NCBI GenBank assembly: GCA_951406725.2
Contig: OX597829.1
Location: 8,184,001 to 8,248,000 of the forward strand
DNA: 64,000 nucleotides
Direction: 5' to 3'
From: Octopus vulgaris
Lineage: Eukaryota
Shown here: piece by piece, positions 1-13,742 of the stretch
Layout of the letters: each line of letters starts with the position of its first letter
Numbering within the stretch: the stretch's first letter is position 1
The notes under the pieces: generated by a model
Databases searched by the model: none
Seen by the model: the letters and a program-made list of their open reading frames with translations, nothing else
What the model was told of the DNA's origin: nothing
Made by a program: the position numbers and the translations under genes

Positions 1-358
1 TTTCTCCATTTTCTTATTTGTATTATAAATTTACGGTAAAAATATTTCTTTACCTTCACCCATTCAATACAATAAATTAATTAATTGCATTGCAATTAAA
101 AACATTTATGTATAAAGAATCTGGGTACTTTACTAACAGTATAAATACTATCCCTTAGTAGGTTACACCCATAACTCCTAACTTACTTTGTGTATATATA
201 AATATATATATATATATTTGCACATATATATAGATACACATATATATATATATCTACATGTATATATATATGTGTGTGTGTGCATATATATATGTGTATA
301 TGTATATATATATACATATATATGTATGTATATATACATATAGACATATATGCATATA

Positions 359-389
<31 letters not shown>

Positions 390-586
390 GTCTATATATG
401 CGTGTATATAGAAGTATATATTTACATGTACATATATACGTGCATACATATGCATATATATATTCATATACATGTGTATATATGTATATAAATACATGTA
501 TATATATATACATACATATATATATACATGTATATTTATATGCAAGTATGGATATATATACACACATTTATGTTTATATAAGTATA

Positions 587-639
<53 letters not shown>

Positions 640-1008
640 ATGTACATATATGTATATGCATGTATATATATCTATATATATGTTTATGTATATACATATA
701 TATTCATATATGCACACATACATATATGTATATATATATATGTATGTATATATGTATATGTGTATGTGTGTTTGTACCTCCTCCATCGCTTGACAACCGA
801 TGTTGCTGTCTTTACGTCCCCCGTATCTTTGCCGTTTGGCAAAATACACCGATAGTATAAATACTAGATTTACGAAGTATAAATCCCGGGGTCGATTATT
901 TCGATTAATACAGGTGCTACAGTATGGACGCAGTCACATGATTGAAACAAGTAAATATTAACTATGCTATATTAATCCCGTGCAAAGCTGGGTATCTTTG
1001 CTTGTGTC

Positions 1009-1310
1009 GTGGCATTCCATCGGTTACGACGACGAGGCTTCCAAATGATCCGATCAACGGAGCAGCCTGTTCGTGAAATTAACGTGCAAGTCGCTGAGCA
1101 CTCCACAGACACGTGTATCCTTAACGTAGTTCTCGGGGAGATTCAGCGTGACACAGAGTGTGACAAGGCTGGCCCTTTGAAATACAGGTACAACAGAAAC
1201 AGGAAGAAAGAGTGAGAGAAAGTTGTTGTGAAAGAGTACAGAAGGGTCCCCCCCCCATCCTTCAAGAGCGTCGTAGTGCTTTAGGTGTTTTCGCTCGATA
1301 AACACATGCT
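1009..1310 (-). mobile_element. SINE family A, 5'-truncated
   Basis: Matches the body of the 12736 and 42361 copies. Confidence 0.85.
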
Positions 1311-1491
1311 TCCGCACTGCTAGCATGTATACTATATGCGGTTTATAAGAGTCTTTCAGTATCCACTGAAATCTTTGGTTGGTCCGATTATAGTAGAAGA
1401 CACTCGGGCAACGTTCAACGAAGTGAGTCTCAACCCGCATCCACGTGGTTCCGTAGAAAGCTTCTTACCACATAGCCACGCCGGCGCCTGT

Positions 1492-1506
1492 TCATACATA
1501 CATACA

Positions 1507-1540
<34 letters not shown>

Positions 1541-1623
1541 CATACATACATACATACATATATACATACATACATACATACATACATACATACATACACA
1601 CACACATACATACATACATACAC

Positions 1624-1656
<33 letters not shown>

Positions 1657-2084
1657 CATACATACATACATACATACACATACATACATACACACATACA
1701 TACATACATACATACATACATACATACATACATACATGCATACATACATACATACATACATACATACATACATACATACACACACACATACATACATACA
1801 TACATACATACATACATACATACATACATACATACATACATACATACATACATACATACATACATACATACATACATACATACATACATACATACATACA
1901 TACATACATACATACATACACACACACATACATACATACATACATACATACATACATACATACATACATACACACACACATACATACATACACACACACA
2001 TACATACATACATACATACATACATACATACATACATACATACATACATACATACATACATACACACACACATACATACATACA

Positions 2085-2113
<29 letters not shown>
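1492..2113. repeat. (CATA)n microsatellite, representative of many (e.g. 10040-10450, 11805-11920, 24772-25200, 37150-37430, 46625-46870, 54180-54460)
   Basis: Direct inspection. Confidence 0.98.
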
Positions 2114-2115
<2 letters not shown>

Positions 2116-2119
2116 TCAG

Positions 2120-2420
2120 GCGCGTGGAGTAGTGGTTATTGGCATTCACTCACGCTGGCGTGTAATACAGTGGTAAGAGGTATTCACCCACGATCATAAT
2201 TTCGCGTGTTCGATTCCCGGCAACGCGTTGTGTCCTTGAGCAAAACACTTTATTTCCCGTTGCTCCAGTCCACTCAGCCTGCAAAAGAGTATGGCACCTG
2301 TAACTCAAAGGGCCAGCCTTATCATGGTGAATCTCCCTGAGAACTAAGTTAAGGGTATGTCTATCTGTGGAGTACTCAGTCACTTGCACGACCAATTTCA
2401 CGAGCAGGCTGTCTTTCATT
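2120..2420 (+). mobile_element. SINE (family A-related variant)
   Basis: tRNA-like head (gttcgattccc), gtgtccttgagcaaaacactt core, family-A body gaatctccctgagaact...ttcacgagcaggctg. Confidence 0.75.
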
Positions 2421-2422
2421 TG

Positions 2423-2502
<80 letters not shown>

Positions 2503-2690
2503 GCTTCTTTTTCTATTGGATTTTACACCGTCTCCTGTTTCTGACAAAGAGCTTTGCTCAAAACGTAAAACTACCTTTGTTTTCTTCCCTGGGCAAATGC
2601 TAATACTTTGCATGTACCACGTCCTCGGGTTGTTGTTTTTTACTTGTGTTTGTTTTCCTTGTGTTTAGATTTATTATATATATATATATA

Positions 2691-2905
2691 GGCGCAATGG
2701 CCTAGTGGTTAGGGCAGCGGACTCGCGGTCGCAGGATCGCGGTTTCGATTCTCAGACCGGGCGTTGTGTGTGTTTATTGAGCGAAAAACACCTAAAAAAA
2801 GCTCTACGAGGCTCCGGCAGGGGGTGGTGATCCCTGCTGTACTCTTTCACCACAATGGCGGTGCCCCAGCATGGCCACAGCTCAAGAGCTGAAACTGGAA
2901 AAACA
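2691..2905 (+). mobile_element. SINE family A 5' part fused to a family C 3' tail
   Basis: ggcgcaatggcctagtggttagggcagcgg... to ~2854, then ggcggtgccccagcatggccacagc...gaaac. Confidence 0.8.
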
Positions 2906-2998
2906 AAAAACAAAAAAACAAAAATATATATATATATACACATATACATATGCATATACATATGCTTATACATATACACACATATATACATACATACA

Positions 2999-3069
<71 letters not shown>

Positions 3070-3723
3070 GTAACACACACCCTCATGTGTATGTAGGTGA
3101 ATATATAGGCATCTGTGCGTATGTACTTGTATGCATGAACATATGCTTATGCTTATATGTATACATGTGTGTATGTATGTATATATGTGCATACATATTT
3201 ATGTATGTAATGAATGTGTGCATTTTCGTTAGTGAATTTGTTAATTATATGTCAAATAATTTACGGTTTTTACTTATTGATTTTCAAATTTCAAACTTGT
3301 ACAAGGACATCATCACGTCGTCCACCGTGACCTCCGCTAACAGCTGCGGCAGCAGTACCACCACCACCACCACCTCCTCTACCACCACCACCACCACCAC
3401 CACCACCGAAAACAAGAGCAAGAATAACCATAACAATAATAACATAGCAACAGCATTTTCACTTGGTTTATAATGTTGGTGTGGTGGTGGTGGTGCCAAT
3501 GTTTCTGTTAATGGTGGTGGTGGTGGTGGTGGTGGTAATGGTTACAGTTCTGCGATAGAGAATAGTTGCAGGGAAATTAAAACCAAACACACACACGCAA
3601 ACATGCGCACACACACGCACACGTGCGCACACACACGCAAACATGCACATACGCGCGCGCACGCGCGCAAACATTCTCGGCAAAATGGATCTTTCAATGA
3701 AATTAGGTTTCGAAAATAAAAAT

Positions 3724-3775
3724 TGATTATTGAGATAAAGGGAACTTCCTGATTATTGAGATAAAGGGAATTTCC
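3724..3775 (+). promoter_or_regulatory. Tandem 26-bp duplication, each unit with a GATA site and a kappaB site
   Basis: tgattattgAGATAAaGGGAACTTCC followed by tgattattgAGATAAaGGGAATTTCC; kappaB consensus GGGRNYYYCC at 3740-3749 and 3766-3775. Confidence 0.4.
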
Positions 3776-4097
3776 TTCGAAGCTCGCTTCTCAAAATTAT
3801 ATAAAAAAGATAAAACTTTTAAAATATAAAAAATAAATATTAAAATATAAATAAAAAAATAATAATGGTAATAGTAGTAAATGGCGAGGTTTGAGAGAGA
3901 GGAAGAGAGGGAAGGAGAGAGATGGAGGGAAAGAGAGTGAGGTTGGTGGCGATCTGAAGCTGATTATATTCTCATTATATCTGATTAATTAATACACTTC
4001 GAGCCCCCGTCTAAATTTGAAAAAAAAAAAAAAAATAAATAAATAAATAAAATGAACGATAAAAAATTAAATCAAATTAAAATTAAAAATAGATTAG

Positions 4098-4320
4098 CTG
4101 TGGTTTGTTTAGCCCCGACGATCAAGTAATCAATATCTTGATTGAAGATATTCCGATCGTAACAACGTCCCATGTTTTCTCTATACGTAGGGACCGAAAC
4201 CTGCACGAAATTATCCAACATGGACTCTATTTATTTATTTATTGCTGCTAAGACAGTAAGATGTAATGTTTAATGTGGATTCGGTTGCTATTTCTAGCAG
4301 ATCGAGCAGTCGTGTAAAAA
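4098..4320 (+). mobile_element. Ancient dispersed repeat (tttagcccc...ttggctgctatttctagcag); decayed relatives near 6850-7100(-), 22460-22620, 23545-23720, 24210-24410 and 51225-51420
   Basis: Recurring anchors tttagcccc, tatgatcaaag, atgacc and gctatttctagca across the copies. Confidence 0.5.
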
Positions 4321-4422
4321 AAGGACGAGAGTCGTTGCTATTGCTGCTAGTTTTATTGTAGTAGTAGTAGTAGCATTAGTAGTAGTAGTAGCAGCAGCAG
4401 CAGTAGTAGTAGTAGTAGCAGC

Positions 4423-4470
<48 letters not shown>

Positions 4471-4761
4471 TGTTGTTGTTGTTGTTGTTGATGTCTAGCC
4501 GAGGGTCAGCTGTCATAGAGCACAGAGAGAAATGGACGTTGCAAATTGTGACCGTCGCCTCCCAGTAATTCCCAATTTCGCCCTCTCCTTCGTCCTTAAA
4601 GCCGGAAAGAATTGTCAGAGCTTCCTCTGAGGGAACATTTAACTACTATATCGAACAGATTGATTACTAATAGTTGATGGTGCTAATTATGTGGAATAGT
4701 TTTAGCTTTATTGTAGAAAGTAATCTCACTCACTCTCCTCCTCCTCCTCCTCCTCCTCTTT

Positions 4762-4845
4762 CGCCGCCGCCGCCGCCCCACCGCCGCCGCCCCACCGCCG
4801 CCGCCCCACCGCCGCCGCCCCACCGCCGCCGCCCCGCCGCCGTCG
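4762..4845. repeat. GC-rich 14-bp minisatellite (ccgccgccgcccca) x~5
   Basis: Four exact units at 4767-4822 plus one variant; five GGGG runs on the minus strand. Confidence 0.85.
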
Positions 4846-5219
4846 CCATCGTCCTTATTCTCATAGTTGCATCAATGTTTGTTTATTTAATATCATAAAT
4901 AATGGGACAATTACAGCGCTTTTAATTAATGTTCAGCACAAAACGTCACTTGTTTTACAGTTTTTTTGTTCTTTTATTTTTTTTCAAGTTTCTGCTTCGA
5001 TGTTGTCATTATGTTGTTGTTGTATTGGTTGTTGTTGTTGTAGTTGTTGTTGCTGTATTTGTGGTGTTGTTGCCCTTTTTCGTTGTCATGCTTCTTGTTA
5101 TTTTTTTTTATCGTTGTTGTCAGCGGCATTGTTGTCATATCTTGAAACAAATTATCGTTATTTGCCGTCATTATCGACTTGTTGCTATCTCTGTTGTTGT
5201 CGTTGTTGTCGGCATCGCT

Positions 5220-5256
<37 letters not shown>

Positions 5257-5571
5257 AAGTAGTTGTTTGTTGTTGTTGTTGTATCGTTGTCTTTGTCGTT
5301 AACGTTAAGAATACCGTTGTTGTTGTCATCGTAGGAGGAAAAGCGTTCCAGCTTTGGTAATCCAGATGATTATTTTTTTTATCTATCATGCAAGAAGACA
5401 TCAAAAATATCCTTTATTAAAATTTTTTTTTCATTTATAGACAAATAAATTGATTTGGGGGTCAATTTGACTATGATGTCAGTCAAGTGGATCGTTCGTC
5501 TCTATCTGCAGAGACACTTTCGTTTGTCAACGTTGCTGTTGTTATTGTTGTTGTGCGTGCTATCGTTTCTG

Positions 5572-5605
<34 letters not shown>

Positions 5606-5699
5606 GCTGTCCTTTCTGTGTTTGTTATTTTTTTCGTGATCCCTAACATTCTTCAGAAATACGTGAAATGAAGACTACGCTTCTCTCTAACTGAAGACA

Positions 5700-6335
5700 A
5701 CACACAACGCTCTCTCTTACTTTTTCTCTTCCGCTTTCACCTTCTCTCATTTATCTTCTTCTTTCTTTCTTTCTTTCTTCGCCTTCTTTCTTCTTCTTTC
5801 TGTCTGTCACCCTCCCCCTCTCTCTCTGTCCCAAGTCTCTTCGTATCCTTCCATATACTGACTTCATTGTCGATTTCTTTCATTCTTTCTCTCTGTCTCT
5901 CATTTTCCTCTCTTTCACTTCCTTCTTTCCCTTCTTTTTTCTTTCTTTCTTTCTACTTATCTGTCTGTTTTTCTTTCTTATTCCCTCTTTCATTCTCTCT
6001 CTCGTTCCCTTTTGCTCACTTTTGCTCTTCTTTCAGTCACTTTCTCTCCACCACCACCACCACCACCACGCAGTCCCCTTCTGTTTCTCTTTAGCACATC
6101 CCTCTGTTGTGGGGGAATGAGAGAAAGCTATGCCTTCTCTCATTCTCTAATGTTCTTCGCCACTCAATCTCAGTTACACACACACACACACACACGCACA
6201 CGAACAGCACACGCATACATACAGAAATACGCACGCCCCCTTAATACTTACCTTCTTCTCTCTCCCTCCCTCCCTCCCTCCCCTCTCTCTCTATCTATCT
6301 GTCTCACCTCCCACACTCTCACTCTTCAGCTTCTA

Positions 6336-6373
<38 letters not shown>

Positions 6374-6660
6374 TCCCTCTGCTTTGCTCATTTCATTTTT
6401 TTCTTTTTCTTCTCCTCCTCCGCCATCCGTCTCTCTTTCTCTTTCCCCCTCTTCTACCCTCCCCCATTTCTCTCTCTCTCTCTCTTTTCTCTCTTCGCTC
6501 CGCCTCTTCTTTCTACTCTGCTCCTTTCACCGCTTCTCCCGTTCCTAACATTCTCGCTTGTGTCGGCTGTTTCATTCGGCTGTGTTTACCATCATCCGCT
6601 CGCTTTCTGAAATAGCGGTCGTCTGTCGAGACGACCAGCTTAGCTGTCCACAAACACAAC
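5700..6660 (+). promoter_or_regulatory. Putative promoter/TSS region: long CT-rich (GAGA-type) tract followed by a CpG-containing unique segment with an Inr-like TCATTC
   Basis: About 850 bp of strongly pyrimidine-biased sequence, TCATTC (matches the TCAKTY Inr) at 6572-6577, then A-rich UTR-like sequence. Lies upstream of the FGF exon on the same strand. Confidence 0.3.
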
Positions 6661-7665
6661 CAACAAAACAAACTTGCAACTGACCAAAAGAAAAGACAAA
6701 AAAAGAAAAGAAAAATAGAACACCATAAGAAAAAAAAAAATATTAATTTGAATATTGAAAAAAAAGAAAAGAAAAAAGGGAAAACATTTAATCATCTCCC
6801 GATTAACTAAACTTTCCTATTGTCATCATCAGCCGAGAACCAGCGAAGGAGCTTATTATGCTAGAAGTAGCAGTCAAATCGTCCTGACATTACTTTATGA
6901 TTTAAACAAAGAAGAAAACAAAAAAGGGTGACTGATATATTGGATAAATAAGTGTAGTTATAGATACACTGGCTAGCGTACCAGAGAGGGAGAGAGAGAG
7001 AAAGAGGGAGAGAGAGAGAGAGAGAGAGAGCACAGGATGGTCGTGGCTAGAACGTCTTTGATCATAACGCTACTCGGTTAAAGCTGACTAGGTGTTTTCA
7101 ACAAAAACAACAACCACCAAAGAGTTTACAAAACACACACACATCCACCTTTCACTATAAGTTATATATCTATCTCTAAATCTGTATATATTCTAATACA
7201 CATACATATACACACACATACACACATGCACGTGGGCGCACGCGCGCGCACACCTGGACCCACATCCACCCACACACACAAACATACACGCACACTCGCA
7301 CACACATCCTAACAAACACACGTACATGTAAGCCCTTTTCTTAGCTAAACCAATCTAGAATCAAAAGCCAAGGAGAAAACAATTCGAATTTATATTTTCT
7401 TAAACTCAGAGAAGATACAAAAGGAGGAAAGAAAAAAGCAACGAAATACGAAAATTTCCAAAAAATTCGAAAAAAAAAACAAAACTTAATGATGAGGACG
7501 CCCTTGAAAGTGTGTAATCGGTTGGAGTCGAACCTGCGTCCCTTAAGACATTTTTATTCAGCGCCTATTTTCCCATGAAACTATACAAATATACACGCTT
7601 ACACATTCTTCCCACTCTCTCTCGCTCTTTCTTTCTCTCTCTCTCACACACATACAAACATACAC

Positions 7666-7704
<39 letters not shown>

Positions 7705-7815
7705 CAAATGTATACACACACACACACATTGTCAATGGATTCCGACACATATTACACATACACCATGTTGAATGTTCCGGATAGATAAATAGATAAATCC
7801 CTCCCTTCAAGCACA

Positions 7816-7859
<44 letters not shown>

Positions 7860-8161
7860 CACACACACACACACGTTCATTAAATAACATTGAAAAAAAA
7901 AGTGAAAAGATAAGAAAAATAAACAAAACTCGGATACTACTTGACGTATGCGTCTTACAACAGCAACCACTTGGAATACTCGGCTTGGAACTATCGCCAC
8001 CATAAACAATTTTCAGCAGGAATTTTATTTGTATTTTTTAAAAATTTCATCTATTTGTTCATTTATTTATTTTCTCTAAAAGAAAAAGAAAGCAACTTGT
8101 TATGATCCCTGTCGGAATTTAATGACCAGACAAACTTCTCGCGGGTTTGATAAATAATTAT

Positions 8162-8224
<63 letters not shown>

Positions 8225-8872
8225 GTGCTTAGATATCGTTCAACAACAAAAACAACAAAACCGGTAGAAGCATTTCAGATCAGATATATATATATATGTT
8301 CGCACGAGCACACACGCATAAACATACACACATACGTTAAGACAGATGCGTTAACACCACACCACAACCATTCCCACCCGCGCTATTACCTTTCCAAATT
8401 CCACAGCACACGCGCATACACACACGCACACACACACACACACATGCTTGTACAAATATACACGCATACGTACATGCACATCACGCATGCATAAACTTTG
8501 CATTTGAAACCTTGTAAATACACACGCCCACATACCCACCACGCACGCACACACATACACATACACCCATACAGACTATTTATTTGTCACCTTTTTTTTT
8601 TTTTTACTTAATTTCTTCTAAAATGATTGAGATGTGAGTGTACGCGGGGAAGTGTAGCCGCTGACATCGGACGAAACGCACTTCGATAGCAGAAGGATAA
8701 ACAAACTGGGAGCGTTAAGGGAGCCCAAACGTGGACGTTGTCGCTCAACTTACTGAATACAACAGAGATTTTTTACGAAACCATCACTTCGTCTAACAAG
8801 AGAGAAAAAAGGGATTAAAAAAAAACCGAATTGACGGACTCGTAATATTCTCTTACATATTTCCTTTGTAAT

Positions 8873-8944
8873 ATGGAGATGATCACCAATATTGGAATTT
8901 GCCTTTTGTCACAGATGTCTACGTCTATCAAAGCTTACTTGGGC
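8873..8944 (+). CDS. Candidate upstream coding exon (MEMITNIGICLLSQMSTSIKAYLG, or 30-nt microexon 8915-8944)
   Basis: ATG at 8873 in frame with ATG at 8915, internal acceptor ttgccttttgtcacag|, donor |gtaagc at 8945. The phase-0 end joins in frame to 10554. Splice-signal evidence only. Confidence 0.2.
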
Positions 8945-9146
8945 GTAAGCAAGCAAGCAAGGAAGCAACCAGCCCACAAGCAATTCAATGATTCAAATAC
9001 GCATCGGAACTGTTGTTGGACTTGAAAAGTTTAGCACCATTATCGATTCCATTGATAAAATGAGTAACTTTCCTGATTCACTCGACAAATTTACCAACGG
9101 ATTCACAAACTTTTTTATTTCTTCAATTATCAGTATATAAATTGTT

Positions 9147-9178
<32 letters not shown>

Positions 9179-9408
9179 AATATATATATATATCCATATA
9201 CATATTTATAATCCTTCCACTGTCGCTACACGCAAGTACACGTTAATACACACACACACACACAATTCCCAATCATTCTAGATATTATATGTAATACTTA
9301 AGAGGATTTGTATGTATTTGTAAGAGAGAAATCTGAGTATTATTATCGTTCGCATTTCTTTATTAACATTTACATATTTTATTTCACAGTTCGCACACAC
9401 ACACACAC

Positions 9409-9454
<46 letters not shown>

Positions 9455-9539
9455 ACGCACATACTCATAGACGCATATATTCATAAAGAGATCTTTACTC
9501 ACACATTCGCAACGGACACCCCCCACAGAAAGAGAAAGC

Positions 9540-9575
<36 letters not shown>

Positions 9576-9585
9576 AAGAGAAAGC

Positions 9586-9621
<36 letters not shown>

Positions 9622-10242
9622 AATTTGATCTAAATATGATTTACCATTATTTTCTTCTATGCGGACACATATTGAATTACAAAACAAGGAAGTAAAGTGA
9701 AGAGAAAGAGAGAGAGAGAGAGAGAAAGAGAGAGAGTGTGAGTGAGTGAATGAGTGAGTGAGTGAGAAAGAGAGTAAATTCCAACACTATATAGAATTCT
9801 TTTAAAAAAGAGAAAGAGGGAGTGAAAGAGCGAGAGAAGACACGTTTCTTGTAATATCAAACACGCACACACCAATGTTTTACATATATGTACATACTTT
9901 TAAAAAGACCTTCCATAATTAATCGATCGCATTACTGGATTTTATTATCGATTGGAACCAATATTCACCTACCAATAGGAATTACCCTAAATACCAAAAG
10001 ACATTCGGAATTTGTATTACCCGACCTGAAGAGTTGACCGAGTGTATACATACACACATCCATACATACTTACATCCATCCATCCATCCATCCATCTATC
10101 CATCCATCCATCCATCCATCCATCCATCCATACATACATACATACATACATACACGCATACATACATACATACATACATACATACGTACGTACGTACGTA
10201 CACACATACATACATACATACATACATACATACATACATACA

Positions 10243-10273
<31 letters not shown>

Positions 10274-10553
10274 CATACATACATACATTCATACATACAT
10301 CCATACATACATACATACATACATACATACATACATACATACATACATACATACATACATACATACATACATACATACATCCATACATACACACATACAC
10401 ACATACGCGCATACATTCATACATACATTCATACATACATACATACATACATATGCATATGCACACATACATATATCGATGTGTGTGCGCGTATGTGTGT
10501 GTGCGTTTCTCTTCGATTTCCATGTCTCTTGTACGTGTTGCTTTTCTGCACAG

Positions 10554-10584
10554 CTAGAACTCATGGATCGTTCCACCTTCCACA
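10554..10584 (+). CDS. Candidate 31-nt microexon upstream of the FGF exon (LELMDRSTFH, phase-1 end)
   Basis: Acceptor gtgttgcttttctgcacag| and donor |gtgagt lie in a small unique island between microsatellites. ATG at 10563. The phase-1 end is in frame with FGF-exon acceptors at 16074/16086. Confidence 0.4.
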
Positions 10585-11799
10585 GTGAGTAGACTTATCA
10601 GTAGTAGTGGTAGTGGTCGCAGCAGCCATTTACTACGAGTTGTAGTAGTAGTGGCGGTATAGGTGATGGTGTTGTTGTTGTTGGTGGTGATGATGACGAC
10701 AATGGTAATGATGAAGATGACGACGATGATGATGACGAGGGGAAAGGAAACTGCACTGATGATTATGACAGCGGCGGCGGCAGTGGTGTTTGTGGTGCTG
10801 GTCACGGCTACGGTTGTAGTTGGTGATAAGGGTGGAGAGGATAGTGATGATAACGATAATGATAGCAACAATAATAATAACAATAATAACAGTAATAATA
10901 ATAATAATGATGGTGGCAAGGAGGATATTGATAAGCTCGGTGGTCGAGCTGGTAGTGGATGGTGATGGTGGTGGTGGTGGCGGCGGCGGCGGCGGCCTCG
11001 ATGTCAAAACTGATTGAAATTCGAATGAACGATGCTTGTGGTGTTGCACGAAATGGTTACTATGGCAAAAGCAGCAACAACATTAAAAAAAACTCCAAAA
11101 AACAAAACAAATACAAAACAAAAGAAACACTACATACATACACCGATGACAGTATAGACGACAACAACAACAACAACAGTTACGACACAACAATTAAGTC
11201 GGAATGAGTGAGAGATTGAGAGAGGTTTTATGCACGTGTCTCAGTATTCAAACATGGGGATGCATTTAGATAAATTCCTTATGCGAAACGTAAATACAAA
11301 AATAGGTAAAAACGTTTTAAGTGTTATGTAGATTAAAATATTTTCACTCAGGATTTATACACATAACCTATAAGATCTGCCAATCGATCTTACCTATTAA
11401 GTAGGTATAACTGTTTTAAGTATGAAACTATCACATATTTCGACGTACTTGCATACCTACCTACCTATCTACCCACCTACATACCCACCTACATACCCAC
11501 CTACCTACCTACCTACCTACCTACCTACCTACCTACCTACGTACCTACCTATCTACCTACCTACCTACCTACCTACCTACCTACCTACCTACTTACATAC
11601 ATACATACATACATACACACGTAAACACATTCATGGCGATTTAAAAAATGCACATCACGCACTCAAACGCACTCACACGTGCACACATCTGAATACACAC
11701 ACATATACGAAGATATTTATCTATCTATGAGTGTTTTTTAAATCATGTTTTACTATTTTACAAGCCTCAATGAATGGACTTATAACCATGCTGGACACC

Positions 11800-11834
<35 letters not shown>

Positions 11835-11983
11835 TGTATGTATGTATGTATGTATGTATGTATGTATGTATGTATGTATGTATGTATGTATGTATGTATG
11901 CATGCATGTATGTATGTATGTATGTGTGTGTGTGTGTGTATGTATATGTATGTATGCATGCATGCAGGCATGTATGTATGTAT

Positions 11984-12014
<31 letters not shown>

Positions 12015-12275
12015 CATGTTTATATCTACATACATACACATACACACACACATGTATATATATACATATACGTATCGGTATATATATATATATATGCATA
12101 TAGATATATGCATATACATACGAACATACGCACATACATACATGCATGCCTATATACATACATTCATACATACATACTTACACATATATGCCTGACGATT
12201 AGCGTATATTCGCTTTTAATGTAATGCCAAAAATTAAAGAAGTTAATTTTAAAAAAAACATAATCGCAGAAAACG

Positions 12276-12367
<92 letters not shown>

Positions 12368-12735
12368 CATTATTATTATCATTATTATACATTCAATTAT
12401 TTCCATTTAAGTTATTTCTTTTAATGTATAACAGAAAATGCATGTAACGTTTGATGACAACAAATATGATAAAAACAACAAATATGATAAAAGTCAACGA
12501 TAGCGATGATGATGATGACAATGTGATTTTAATGATCTACATCCGAAGATATTTGATGCTTAATATTGACAGTGATAATATAAAAAAAAAAAAGAATATG
12601 CTAAGCAAAAGAAAGTATGTCGTGTGTATAACTTTAGAATAGTGTTAAATGTAAACAAAGTAAACGAGTTATTGTCTGATACATAGACATATACGTACAT
12701 ATGTATTCGTTTATATCTATGCCTATATCAATATT

Positions 12736-13352
12736 GTGGCACTCCGTCGGTTACGACGACGAGGCTTCCAAATGATCCGATCAACGGAACAGCCTGCTCG
12801 TGAAATTAACGTGCAAGTGACTGAGCACTCCACAGACACGTGTACCTATTTCTTTACTATCCACAAGGGGCTAAACGTAGAGGGGACAAACATGGACAGA
12901 CATAGTTATTAAGTCGATTATATCGACCCCAGTGCGTAACTGGTACTTAATTTATCGACCCCGAAAGGATGAAAGGCAAAGTCGACCTCGGCGGAATTTG
13001 AACTCACAACGTAACGGCAGCCGAAATACCGCTAAGCATTTCGCCCGGCGTGCTAACGATTCTGTCAGCTCGCCGCCAGTTACAGACACGTGTACCCTTA
13101 ACGTAGTTCTCAGGGGAGATTCAGCGTGACACAGAGTGTGACAAGGGTGGCCTTTTGAAATACAGGTACAACAGAAACATGAAAAAGAGTGAGAGAAAGA
13201 GTACAGTAGGGATTGCCACCACCTCCTGCCAGAGCCTCGTAGAGCTTTAGGTATTTTCGCTCAATAAACACTCACAACGCCCGGTCTGAGAATCGAAACC
13301 GCGATCCTATGATCGCGAGTCCGCTGTCCTAACCACTGGGCCATTGCGCTTC
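12736..13352 (-). mobile_element. tRNA-derived SINE family A, full length, with a nested family-B SINE
   Basis: rc head gcgcaatggcccagtggttagg...ggtttcgattctc carries A and B boxes; flanking atcaatat duplication (12727-34, 13356-63). Confidence 0.9.
12847..13081 (-). mobile_element. tRNA-derived SINE family B nested in family A
   Basis: rc ggcggcgagctgacagaatcgttagcacg...gagttcaaattccgccgaggtcgac; 15-bp TSD acagacacgtgtacc at 12832-12846 and 13082-13096. Confidence 0.92.
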
Positions 13353-13403
13353 CACATCAATATGTGCGTGTGTGTGTGTATATTACCTATATATGTATTC
13401 ACA

Positions 13404-13563
13404 CAGTGCTGAGTTTACCATTGTGCTTAGGTGCGCTTAAGCACAGCGCTCCTGGTCAATGGTGCCCTGAATAAGTTAAAGGCTTCATAACGGGGCCCTG
13501 TCCAAGTAAGGGGCCTCATAACTTAACCAGCAGATGGTCTCATTTGTCCTAAATCCGGTACTG
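13404..13563. mobile_element. Small MITE (~160 bp) with cagtgccggattta-type TIRs
   Basis: cagtgctgagttta ... taaatccggtactg followed by TA. Confidence 0.6.
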
Positions 13564-13695
13564 TATACACATATATATGCATGCACCACAGACACATGCA
13601 TATATAGACTTATTACACGCGCGCGGGCACAAACTTAGAGTTACCGATATCATTCAAGCATTTATTATACACACGAATATAAATGTACCTGTATG

Positions 13696-13742
<47 letters not shown>

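Noticed and set aside
178-2200. Long ORFs of YI/HTYI/MYVC type here and throughout the window
   Set aside because: They are translations of (TA)n, (CATA)n, (CA)n and (CCAT)n microsatellites, which lack stop codons in several frames.
2691-2765. tRNA-like sequence (also at 13280-13350, 42670-42735, 44342-44415)
   Set aside because: These are SINE heads that continue into SINE bodies and lack a complete cloverleaf.
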